Positions 48,147 through 57,017 of a stretch of 64,000 nucleotides of DNA are shown piece by piece. How positions within the stretch are numbered: position 1 is the stretch's first letter; each line of letters starts with the position of its first letter. A model generated the notes under the pieces. The model searched no databases. It had not been told where the DNA came from and was given only the letters and a program-made list of their open reading frames with translations. Position numbers and translations under genes: made by a program. Origin of the DNA: Myxococcota bacterium (lineage in GTDB: Bacteria; Myxococcota_A; UBA9160; UBA6930); assembly GCA_965223705.1 (NCBI GenBank), contig OZ245015.1:3488001-3552000 (forward strand), written 5' to 3'.

Positions 48147-49988
48147 ATGGCGTTGGCTCCCAAAGTCGGTGGTGACAAGCCCCGCATTCCGACGGCGAAC
48201 GAACTCGGCTTCGATCCCGATGCGTTGCGCCGCAAATACGCGGTGGAACGCGAGCGACGTCTGCGACCCGACGCCGAAGCGCAGTACCAGCAGACGGACG
48301 GCCAGTTCGAGCGCTACAACGAAGATCCGCACGTCACGGAGCCGCTTGCGCGCGACGCGGTCGACGAGGACATCGAGGTGGCGATCCTCGGCGGCGGCTT
48401 TGGCGGCCTCTACATGGCAGCCCGTCTCCGGGAAGCGGGAATCGACTCCTTCCGGATCATCGAACGCGGCGGCGACTTTGGCGGAACGTGGTACTGGAAC
48501 CGTTACCCGGGTGCTCAGTGCGACGTCGAGTCCTACATCTACCTGCCTCTTCTCGAAGAGACCGGCTACATGCCGAAGGAGAAGTACTCCTTCGGACCGG
48601 AGATCTTCGAACACGCCCAGCGGGTCGGGCGCCACTACAATCTCTATGAACGCGCCTACCTTCAGACGCAGATCACCGAACTCCGCTGGAACGAAGGCGA
48701 GAACCATTGGGTCGTTCGGACGGACCGGGGCGACACGATCCGTGCCCACTACGTCATGATCTCGACCGGATCTCTCAACCGACCGAAGCTTCCCGGTATT
48801 CCGGGGCTCGCCGATTTCAAGGGCCACACGTTTCACACGAGTCGCTGGGACTACGACTACACAGGGGGATCGCCGGAGGGGGAGCTCGAAAAGCTGGCCG
48901 ACAAGCGAGTGGGCATCATCGGCACCGGCGCTACCGCCATTCAGTCGATTCCCCATCTCGGCGCGAGCGCGAAACACCTCTACGTGTTTCAGCGCACGCC
49001 CTCATCGGTGGACGAGCGCCGCAACAAACCCACCGACCCCGATTGGTGGAAGACCCTCGAGAGCGGCTGGCAAGTTGCGCGCAACGATAATTTCACCGCA
49101 CTCCTCGTCGGTCAAGAAGTCGAAGAAGACCTCGTGAACGATGGATGGACCGATCTCTTCAAGTCGCTGGGGGAACTCCTGGCCGGCGATGACGACGCGC
49201 AATGGACCACGGAGGAATTGAAAGAGCTCGCCGAGATCGTCGACTTCCAGCACGACAATCGGATACGAGACCGCGTCGTGGACACCGTCGGCGACGCCGA
49301 AACGGCCGGCAAGCTCAAGCATTGGTATAGGCCCTGGTGCAAGCGGCCCACCTTTAACGACGATTACCTGCCGACCTTCAATCGCACGAACGTCACCCTG
49401 GTCGATACCGACGGCAAGGGCGTCGAGCGCCTCACGGAGAAAGGCGTGATCGTCGGCGGCGTCGAGTACGAGGTCGATTGTCTGATCTTCGCGACGGGCT
49501 TCGAAGTCAACCGCGCCAGCTACACCCACCAGGCCGATCTCGAAATCATCGGTCGCGATGGCCGAACGCTTGGGGATCACTGGGCGGATGGCATGCGCAC
49601 GTACCAGGGCTTCATGAGCCATGGATTCCCGAATCTTTTCCATATGGGATTCACCCAAACGGGCTACACACCGAACTTTACCTACATGACCGAGAACCAG
49701 TCGCGCCATCTCGCAGCGGTGGTAAAGGATGCGAATGAGCGAGGTATTCGCGCGATGGAACCCACGGCCGAGGCCGAAGCCGACTGGGTGGCGCTCGTGA
49801 CAGAGCCGAATCAGATGACCGACTACCTCGCCGCCTGCACCCCCGGCTACTACAACGCGGAAGGCAAGGGCAAAGGTCACGACGAAGGATTCCTGCAGGG
49901 GCACTACCCTGAGGGGGGCCTTCGCTTCTACGAAATGCTCGCCGAGTGGCGGGCCGCCGGAGAGTACGCCGGCCTAGAGATCCGTTGA
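48147..49988 (+). CDS. Baeyer-Villiger monooxygenase (long, cyclododecanone/cyclopentadecanone monooxygenase-type)
   Basis: GGTWYWNRYPG, FKGHTFHTSRWDY, IGTGATAIQ, CKRP, CTPGYYNAEG. Confidence 0.94.
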   Translation: MALAPKVGGDKPRIPTANELGFDPDALRRKYAVERERRLRPDAEAQYQQTDGQFERYNEDPHVTEPLARDAVDEDIEVAILGGGFGGLYMAARLREAGIDSFRIIERGGDFGGTWYWNRYPGAQCDVESYIYLPLLEETGYMPKEKYSFGPEIFEHAQRVGRHYNLYERAYLQTQITELRWNEGENHWVVRTDRGDTIRAHYVMISTGSLNRPKLPGIPGLADFKGHTFHTSRWDYDYTGGSPEGELEKLADKRVGIIGTGATAIQSIPHLGASAKHLYVFQRTPSSVDERRNKPTDPDWWKTLESGWQVARNDNFTALLVGQEVEEDLVNDGWTDLFKSLGELLAGDDDAQWTTEELKELAEIVDFQHDNRIRDRVVDTVGDAETAGKLKHWYRPWCKRPTFNDDYLPTFNRTNVTLVDTDGKGVERLTEKGVIVGGVEYEVDCLIFATGFEVNRASYTHQADLEIIGRDGRTLGDHWADGMRTYQGFMSHGFPNLFHMGFTQTGYTPNFTYMTENQSRHLAAVVKDANERGIRAMEPTAEAEADWVALVTEPNQMTDYLAACTPGYYNAEGKGKGHDEGFLQGHYPEGGLRFYEMLAEWRAAGEYAGLEIR

Positions 49989-50009
49989 TCGAGAAAGAGA
50001 GACAAAATC

Positions 50010-50573
50010 ATGAGCGAAAAGCGACTCGAAAAGATCGAAAAACTGTTGTCGGAAATTTGCGAAACCCAAGCCGCGATCTGCCAGAAAGTGGAGCAGCTCG
50101 AACGGCGCACGGCGACCGGGGCTCCTTCTTGCGAGGAGACCGTTGCGTTCCTCGACCAGTTCCGGGCCGCCGAAGCGGACGCGGTGGGTTGGATCGGTTC
50201 CTGGATCGACGTCAGCGACGTCGACTGCCTGCGCGGTGGCCTGCGCACCGTCCAAAAACGCGAGGCGATGCACGCCGAACTCCTCGAGAGCCGCATCAAA
50301 GAGCTCGGCGGAGACTGCAGCTGCGAGTTGCCCGCGGCCGATCGCAAGCGCTACCGGGAGACCTTTGGCGGGACGACGTGCAGCGACGCCGAGAAGGTAA
50401 AAGCGCTGGTCGAGGAAGTCGGTGACATGGACGTTTTCCTGAAGCCGTTCGATGATTTCGCGAACCGCCTGGACGCCGACCCGGAGACCCAGTTCTTGCT
50501 TCGGACGATTCTCCAGGACGAGCGATCCACGATCCAGTTCCTGAACGACGCGTGCACGCTGCTCAACGGTTGA
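50010..50573 (+). CDS. Ferritin-like four-helix-bundle protein with an N-terminal coiled coil
   Basis: AAE..REAMH..RIKELGG..ILQDE helical pattern. Confidence 0.65.
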   Translation: MSEKRLEKIEKLLSEICETQAAICQKVEQLERRTATGAPSCEETVAFLDQFRAAEADAVGWIGSWIDVSDVDCLRGGLRTVQKREAMHAELLESRIKELGGDCSCELPAADRKRYRETFGGTTCSDAEKVKALVEEVGDMDVFLKPFDDFANRLDADPETQFLLRTILQDERSTIQFLNDACTLLNG

Positions 50574-50599
50574 CGAACGCTTCACCACGGGAGAACACC

Positions 50600-51106
50600 A
50601 TGGGACGAGTTTTTGACGATTTCGAGGGCTGCTACGGCGAATTCGTGACGGAAGGAACGATCGCCGAGCTCGGCGCTGTGCCGCTTTGTGTCGCGCCGGG
50701 CGAGACTTGCGTGGAACACAGCCACGAAGGCGTCGAAGAGTTGATGATCGTGAAGTCGGGCCGGGGTCAATTCGAGATCGAAGACGAATGGTTCGAGGTC
50801 TGCCCCGGATCGGTTGGGCTGGTTCGTTCGGGCGAGTTTCACGCCGTGCACAATACGGGGGACGAGAACCTCGAGATTCTCGCCGTCGTCAATGCGAACA
50901 TCGACTTCGACACCGTGCGTGTGAAGAGCCGTGCCGAGCACTTCGCCGGAAAGAACGGCCGCGCCGATATCGCCCAAGGCGAGCTCACCGACCTGAAGCG
51001 ACGACTCGCCAGTGTCACCGAGCTGCTTCACGGGGTTCGCGACGAGGTCGCGAACCTCCGCAAAGCCGCCAAGCCGAAACGCCCGCGAAGTAGCCGAGCC
51101 GCCTAG
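50600..51106 (+). CDS. Cupin domain protein with a C-terminal coiled coil and basic tail
   Basis: EHSHEGVEE..GEFHAVHNTG cupin metal motifs; tail ELTDLKRRLASVTELLHGVRDEVANLRKAAKPKRPRSSRAA. Confidence 0.8.
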   Translation: MGRVFDDFEGCYGEFVTEGTIAELGAVPLCVAPGETCVEHSHEGVEELMIVKSGRGQFEIEDEWFEVCPGSVGLVRSGEFHAVHNTGDENLEILAVVNANIDFDTVRVKSRAEHFAGKNGRADIAQGELTDLKRRLASVTELLHGVRDEVANLRKAAKPKRPRSSRAA

Positions 51107-51148
51107 CACGCTTTCGGGCTTTCCGTGGCCCTCCCGAGGAATAAGCAC

Positions 51149-52132
51149 ATGAAACTCGCCCTCTATCTTCCCAACTTCCGAGACCGGGTCACGGTCGAAG
51201 AGCTCGTGATGTTGACCCACGAGGCCGAAGAGCTCGAGTTCGACTCGATCTGGACGCTCGACCGAATCGTCGTGCCGGAGGCGTCGGACCAAGGAAAGCT
51301 CGAGAAGCCGTTCGGTTTCATGAAAGAGTTCCCGAAGCAGTTACCGGTGAGCGCTCGGGGAGAGTTCCTACACGGGCTACCGCTGGTCCCCTACCTCGCG
51401 GCGATCACCAGCCGTATTCGTCTCGGCGTGAGCATCATCGTGACGCCGTACCGTGCGCCGGGTGTTCTGGCCGCCGAGATCGCTACCTGGGATCACTTGG
51501 CCGGTGGCCGAATCAATGTGGGCGTGGGCTCGGGCTGGATGCCCGAGGAGTTTGCCGCATCGAGTGCGGCCGACACCTACGAGCGCCGCAACAAGCAGGT
51601 GATCGAAACGATCGAGATCATGCAGGGCATCTGGACCAACGAACTCTTCGAGTACCACGGTGAGTTCGCCGACTTCCCCAAGTGCGGTTTCGGCGTGAAG
51701 CCGGTCCAGAAACCCCGGCCTCCGATGTTCTACGGTGGGCTCGGTATTCCGAAAATTGCGGCGAGTCGCATCTCGAAATATGGCCTCGAGGGTTGGATCG
51801 GCATCATGGATACGCCCGATGCAATCGCGACCTGGCGAGAGGCGATCGGCAAGGAGCTCGACGCCGTGGGCAACTCAGGGGCACTCGACACGCTCGAAAT
51901 TTCAAGCATGTTGCCCTTCGAAATCACTCGCGAGCCGACGGACCAGTCCGACCAGGGAAAGCTCACCCCGACCCTCGTCGGCACGGCAGAGCAGATCACC
52001 GAGAACCTGAAGCGCTACAAGGACGCCGGGCTGACGATGCCGCTGCTGTGGCCTCCTTTCAGCGGCACGCCCACGGCGAAGACGATCGTCGACATGCGCC
52101 GCCTGGTCGAGGAGATCCTTCCGAAGGTGTAG
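51149..52132 (+). CDS. LLM class oxidoreductase, probably F420-dependent
   Basis: FDSIWTLDRIVVP, IRLGVSIIVTPYR, GVGSGWMPEEF, KPVQKPRPP. Confidence 0.85.
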   Translation: MKLALYLPNFRDRVTVEELVMLTHEAEELEFDSIWTLDRIVVPEASDQGKLEKPFGFMKEFPKQLPVSARGEFLHGLPLVPYLAAITSRIRLGVSIIVTPYRAPGVLAAEIATWDHLAGGRINVGVGSGWMPEEFAASSAADTYERRNKQVIETIEIMQGIWTNELFEYHGEFADFPKCGFGVKPVQKPRPPMFYGGLGIPKIAASRISKYGLEGWIGIMDTPDAIATWREAIGKELDAVGNSGALDTLEISSMLPFEITREPTDQSDQGKLTPTLVGTAEQITENLKRYKDAGLTMPLLWPPFSGTPTAKTIVDMRRLVEEILPKV

Positions 52133-52140
52133 GCGACGAC

Positions 52141-52166
52141 GTCCGCGGGCCTCGGCGGACTTGCTT
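52141..52166 (+). terminator. Possible intrinsic terminator after the LEH-BVMO-LLM operon
   Basis: GTCCGC-N8-GCGGAC stem followed by TTGCTT (weak U-tract). Confidence 0.3.
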
Positions 52167-52317
52167 CCGATAAACGACGCGCTCCGCGGACAAGTCGCGA
52201 CATCGAGCGCGTTGTTGAGCCGCGGGTTCCGCCGTTCCGCGATCTCGATTGCGGTTCTCGATGGGCCACCGCGCAGCGCTTCTGGCACAATGGCTCGGCG
52301 ATCACGACGCAAGGAGA

Positions 52318-53844
52318 ATGAGAGTGAGCGCCGCCCGCGGCGACCAAGTTCACGGGATCACCCCTCGGCAGATCGTCGCGCTGTTGTCCATCCTGCTGGT
52401 CGGGATCGTCCTCAGGTCGATCCTACTCGAAAAAGAAAGCCTGTGGTTCGATGAGGTCTTTTCGATCCGGCTGGCGCTTCAAGACCTCTCTTCCGTGCTT
52501 CAAGCCGAGCGCAGAAATCCGCCACTGCATTTTCTCCTTCTCCACTTCTGGATGAAGGCCTTTGGAGATAGCGCTGCCGCGGCCCGCTCTCTATCGGTCG
52601 TTGTGGGAAGCGTCAGCATTTTCCTGGCGTTCGCACTGGGGCGCCGCTTTTACGGAACCTACGTCGGACTCGCCGCGGCGCTCTTTACTGCGTTGTCCTC
52701 ATTCCAGATCTACTACGCCCAAGAAGCGAGGACCTTCGCACTGGTGCTGATGCTGCTGCTCGCATCGTCGCTGCTTATGGACATCTTCCTCCGGAGCTCT
52801 TCGCAACGCGTCCTGGTCCTCGCCGGCATCGGCTACGTCGCGACGAGCGCGCTCGCCTGCTACTGCCACTTCTACACCCCGTTTTACATCTTCGCGCAGA
52901 ACGTCTTCTTCGTTCTCTTCTGGAAAGATCACCGTCATCGGCTCGTGCCGTGGATCGTGGTACAGATCCTGATCCTCTTGCTGTTCGCGCCGTGGCTTGC
53001 CGTCATGTTGTCGGAGGCCGCCGCCGGCGAGGGTCTCGGAGACCGTCGACACTTCCTGCTCAAGGTCCCGCAGTCGCTTTTCAGCATGCTCGCGACCGAC
53101 ACGCTGATCCCCCTCGACGAGCGGGCCGTGAACGACGTTCGGGGGACGCTCGTCTCCCACGCTCCGGCGCTGATCTCGAGCACGCTGGTCTTCGCCGCCT
53201 TGGGGCTCCTGGCACTGCTGCAGACGAAGCGCTTTCCGCGTGGACATGCCCTCATGCTCTGCCTCGGTCTGCTGCCTCTCCTTCTCTCCTTCGTGATCTC
53301 GTTCAAGCTGATGATTCTTGAAGAACGCTACCTGATCGGATCGTCCGTCCCCCTCTATCTCTTTGTGTTGTCTCCGCTCCCCACCGCCTTGATGGAGTGG
53401 CGCGGCTGGCCGCGGATCGGGGCCGTTGCGCTCGCCCTCGGCGTTTCCGTCCTGAGTTTCGTGGCGCTCTACAACTATTACTTCAACCCGCGATTCGGAA
53501 GAGATCAGTGGCGTGAAGCCACGCAGTGGGTGGAAGAGCGCGCGCAGCCCGACGACGTCATCGTCTTTCTTCCGGAACACATCGGTATTTGCTTTGAGTA
53601 CTACGCTCGTCAGTCACACCCGACCCTGCGTGTGAGGCGCCTTGTTTTCGATCCTGCGACCGACTGGTGGCGCTCCTTTCTCGAACAGTTGAGAAGCTAC
53701 AAGAGCGGCTGGATTGTTCGATCGCGTTACGCCGATGAGTCCGTGGTCGAAGGCCTGGCGGAGTACTTTGTCGTGCGAGAAGCCATGGAGTTTCCGCGTG
53801 ACAAAGGCATCATCATCTACCGGGTAGTCGTCGAGGAGCCCTAG
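52318..53844 (+). CDS. GT-C membrane glycosyltransferase (GT39/PMT_2, ArnT-like)
   Basis: SLWFDE, NPPLHF, YYAQEARTFA, ERYL motifs and many TM segments. AAGGAG RBS. Confidence 0.88.
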   Translation: MRVSAARGDQVHGITPRQIVALLSILLVGIVLRSILLEKESLWFDEVFSIRLALQDLSSVLQAERRNPPLHFLLLHFWMKAFGDSAAAARSLSVVVGSVSIFLAFALGRRFYGTYVGLAAALFTALSSFQIYYAQEARTFALVLMLLLASSLLMDIFLRSSSQRVLVLAGIGYVATSALACYCHFYTPFYIFAQNVFFVLFWKDHRHRLVPWIVVQILILLLFAPWLAVMLSEAAAGEGLGDRRHFLLKVPQSLFSMLATDTLIPLDERAVNDVRGTLVSHAPALISSTLVFAALGLLALLQTKRFPRGHALMLCLGLLPLLLSFVISFKLMILEERYLIGSSVPLYLFVLSPLPTALMEWRGWPRIGAVALALGVSVLSFVALYNYYFNPRFGRDQWREATQWVEERAQPDDVIVFLPEHIGICFEYYARQSHPTLRVRRLVFDPATDWWRSFLEQLRSYKSGWIVRSRYADESVVEGLAEYFVVREAMEFPRDKGIIIYRVVVEEP

Positions 53845-54932
53845 CGTCGAAAGGCCAGCGTCTTGCTTCCGACAAAGTTGAAGATCGTCGAAAGCACGAT
53901 GCCGATCATGCTCGCGAGGATGTACCAGCGTCCGCTGCCCATGAACGTGTTCTCGATCAGCGCGTGCATCACGAGGACGCGAAGGCCGAGGCCCACAAGG
54001 CAGATCAGTACAAAACTCCCGTAACGACGACCGGGACCGAACCCGAGGCCAAACTTGAACGTCCAGGCGCGATCGAGCACGTAGTTCGAGGTCACCGCCC
54101 CGGAGAACGCGATGATCGCGGCGAGCCTCGGATCGAGCCCGAAGAGCTCGGCCGCGATCAGAAGCAGCGCGGTATCGACGAAGAGTCCGGACAACCCGAC
54201 CAGACAGAACTTGATGAACTCGTTGACCGTGGGGACCTTGAAATCGTAGAGCTGCCAGAGGTGACGGAGATAGTCGAGCTGGACCTGACCGGTTAGTTTG
54301 CTCTCGCCGTGGAGTCGATCGGCGAATACGATCGGAACTTCCTGCACCCGGGCATCCGCTCGGGTGACGACCTCGAGCACGATCTTCCAACCCACCGGCG
54401 AAAACGTGTTGTTCTCGATCACGGTCCTGCTCACCGCCATGAAGCCCGTCGTCGGATCGGAGAGCTTGGTGAAGCCCAGGGCGAGCGCCCCAGCGGCGCG
54501 GCTGACAATTTTTCGATGCAGGGGCCAGCTGTCGCAACCACCCCCGGCGATATAGCGGCTACCCACCGTGATGTCCGCTTCACCGTCGAGAAGAGGCCGG
54601 ATCATCTCGGGCAGCTTCTCGATCGGATGGCTCATATCGGCGTCCATGACGACACAGACCTCGCCGTCGGCGGCGGCGAACCCCGAGAGAACGGCGGTCG
54701 CCAAGCCGCGCTCATCCATCCGGCAGAGCACTCGAACGGCGAACGTCTCAGCGAGGTCCCGGGCGACGCCTGCGGTTCCGTCGGGCGAGTTGTCGTCGAC
54801 GACCACCACCTCACCATCGATTCCGGCGGCTTCCAGGACGTCGAAGATCCGGGGGACAATCACCGGAATATTCTCCGCTTCGTTATACGTCGGAAGTACG
54901 ATGGTCGCTTGTACAGCGCGCTCGTCGGCCAT
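53841..54932 (-). CDS. Polyprenol-phosphate glycosyltransferase (GT2, DPM1/Ppm1-like) fused to a GtrA domain
   Basis: PTYNEAENI, VDDNSPDGT, MDADMSHP, GSRY, GESKL; C-terminal FIKFCLVGLSG..WTF GtrA-like TM region. Confidence 0.92.
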   Translation of the reverse strand: MADERAVQATIVLPTYNEAENIPVIVPRIFDVLEAAGIDGEVVVVDDNSPDGTAGVARDLAETFAVRVLCRMDERGLATAVLSGFAAADGEVCVVMDADMSHPIEKLPEMIRPLLDGEADITVGSRYIAGGGCDSWPLHRKIVSRAAGALALGFTKLSDPTTGFMAVSRTVIENNTFSPVGWKIVLEVVTRADARVQEVPIVFADRLHGESKLTGQVQLDYLRHLWQLYDFKVPTVNEFIKFCLVGLSGLFVDTALLLIAAELFGLDPRLAAIIAFSGAVTSNYVLDRAWTFKFGLGFGPGRRYGSFVLICLVGLGLRVLVMHALIENTFMGSGRWYILASMIGIVLSTIFNFVGSKTLAFRR

Positions 54933-55103
54933 GGGTCTCCGGGGTTGTCCTTGCCAGAATCCTGTTTTCGGCGGCTCTCGGGTCGCTCTTCAACGAAAGG
55001 GCATGGTCGGCTCCGCGTCGCGGCGATCGGCTCGCCCGGGCGATGTCGGAGTGTTTCTAAAAGTTTAGCGCCAACGGTATGTTGAGCCGGTATCCTGCCG
55101 GTC

Positions 55104-56275
55104 CTATCCGGACGACGACTGAGCCAGCGCCTGGGCGACGTCGTCGATCAGATCGTCCGCGTCTTCGACCCCTACGGCCAGTCGCACAAGACTTTCCTCT
55201 ACGCCCATGCGACGCCTTTCCTCTGCGGGAACAAGAGCGTGCGACACGACAGCAGGGATCATCACGAGCGACTCGACGCCGCCGAGGCTCGCCGAAGCAG
55301 ACACCACCTGAAGAGCTTCGACGAACTTCCTGGCCTGAGCTGTTCCGCCTCGGAGCTCGAAGCTGAGTAGCCCGCCCGCTGAACCGCCAAAATACGTGAG
55401 GGCCTTCTCGTGATCCCGGTGAGACTTGAGACCTGGGTAGTGGACCTTCCCGACTTCGGCTCGCGACTCGAGGAACTCGGCGATTCGCTGGCGGTTCTGT
55501 TCTGTTCGGTCACCCGCAATACCAACGTTTTCAATCCGCGCTCGAACAAGAACGCAGCATGTGGATCGATGTTCCCGCCGAGGGTCTTGGAAAGCAGGTT
55601 GGCGGTTTCCATCAGCTCGCTGCGACAAGACACCACGCCTGCCGTCAGATCGGAATGGCCGTTCAAGTACTTGGTGGCGCTGTGGATCGAGAAGTCGAAG
55701 CCAAACGGAATCGGCTTGAAGAGCACCGGGGTGGCGAACGTGTTGTCGACAAGTGACAGCAGCCCGTGAGACTTGCAGACATCGACGACGCCTTGAAGAT
55801 CGGTCACGGACACCACGGGATTGCTCAGTGACTCGACGTAGACCGCTTTCGTGTTGGGTTTGATCAAAGGCGCAATCGATTCGCTCGCGTCACCCGTGTC
55901 GAAAAAGTCGACCTCGATCCCGAACCTCGGGAGCAGGGTATCGAACAGGGTGAACGTGTTTCCGTAGAGACATCGTTGGGCGATCAGATGATCACCCGAT
56001 TGCACACATGTCAGGACACCGGTCGCGATGGCGGCCATGCCACTCGCAGTCACCAAGGAAGCCTCCGCTTCCTCGGCGTCCGCCAGCCGCGCGTGCAACA
56101 CGAGCTGATTGGGGGTGTTGTTGAAGCGCGGATACCGCACGTCTTTGTAGTCGGTCGCGTAGAACGTAGCGCTCTGGAAAATCGGTGTGACGACAGAGTC
56201 GAACGCATTCTCTTCGATCTTCCCCGTGTGGAGCAGACGGGTGTTGAGACCGTTCCTTCGGTCACTCGTTTCCAT
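55104..56275 (-). pseudogene. PLP-dependent cystathionine gamma-synthase/lyase family gene with a single-base frameshift near 55490
   Basis: TPIFQS, ASGMAAI, VDNTFATP, HSATKYLNGHSD in the 5' ORF; VHYPGL, SLGGVESL, RLAVGVE in the 3' ORF. Adding one C (GCCAG to GCCCAG) restores ..EQNRTAQRIAEFL.. Confidence 0.85.
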
Positions 56276-56762
56276 GGCTGCCTTCTCTCTTCGGTGGGGT
56301 GTCGAGTTCGACGATCACGACCGGAATCTCGCGCTCGGTCCGTGTCTGATACTCGAGTTGAACCGGCTGCTCCGCGGTGACGTGACTCCACCACCGAGCC
56401 CTTTCTTCGCCGGTCGCGGTACGAGCCGTGGCCTCGCTTCGATGCGCACCGATCCAGACCTCGCACCGGGGCTGCGCGAGGAGGTTCAGATACCAGACGG
56501 GGTGGTTCGGAAGGCCGCCTTTCGACGCGACCACCGCGTACTGACCGTCCCTCTCGTAGTACTGGAGCACCGAGTTGCGCGAGCGACCGGACTTCCGTCC
56601 CCGATGGAAGAGCAGGAGACACGGAACCGGGCCGCCCGGTACGCCGATGACGCCGGGGTCCCACCAATGCGCTGCCTCGGGGTCCTGTCGGTACTGCTCG
56701 TGGTGCGCCGCGATCTCGCGTCGCACCTCCTCGGGTAGCTCGTTCGTCAGATCGGACATCAT
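56262..56762 (-). CDS. Deazaflavin (F420)-dependent nitroreductase, Ddn family
   Basis: GRKSGRSR, VVASKGG..HPVWYLNL, YQTRTEREIPVV. Confidence 0.9.
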   Translation of the reverse strand: MMSDLTNELPEEVRREIAAHHEQYRQDPEAAHWWDPGVIGVPGGPVPCLLLFHRGRKSGRSRNSVLQYYERDGQYAVVASKGGLPNHPVWYLNLLAQPRCEVWIGAHRSEATARTATGEERARWWSHVTAEQPVQLEYQTRTEREIPVVIVELDTPPKREGSHGNE

Positions 56763-56946
56763 GGCCTCCGCGCGACCGATCCTAGTTCATGAAGGTGGTC
56801 ATCGGCACGGCCGACTCGAACTCCTGACGAGGCCCCCGTGCAATCCGCGCGAATGGGAACGAAACGTAAGTTTGTCGTCGCGTTTGTAACTTGTTCATTC
56901 TCTGGTCTCTCGCGAAACCGTATCGCGCACCTTCGACGTCATCGAC

Positions 56947-56964
56947 TTGGCACGCAACGTGCTT
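56947..56964 (+). promoter_or_regulatory. Putative sigma54 (-24/-12) promoter for the BON gene cluster
   Basis: TTGGCACGCAACGTGCTT has exact GG-N10-GC spacing with a TGGCAC -24 box, about 55 nt upstream of ATG 57018. Confidence 0.6.
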
Positions 56965-57017
56965 TCTGTCGCGCCCAACGTTCGGGCGCACGGAAGACGC
57001 CGATGGGAGAAACACAT

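Noticed and set aside
1512..52132. A single secondary-metabolite biosynthetic gene cluster
   Set aside because: There is no PKS, NRPS, terpene synthase, RiPP precursor or other scaffold-forming enzyme. The genes form many short, differently oriented units of catabolic type.
56856..56884. ECF/EcfG-type promoter (GGAAC...CGTT) upstream of the BON gene
   Set aside because: The spacer is 20 nt rather than the expected 16-17. The sigma54 motif at 56947 fits better.
56782..57015. 77-aa minus-strand ORF upstream of the Ddn-family gene
   Set aside because: No recognisable motif, and it overlaps the predicted promoter region. Its last codons could be a remnant, but I cannot support that.
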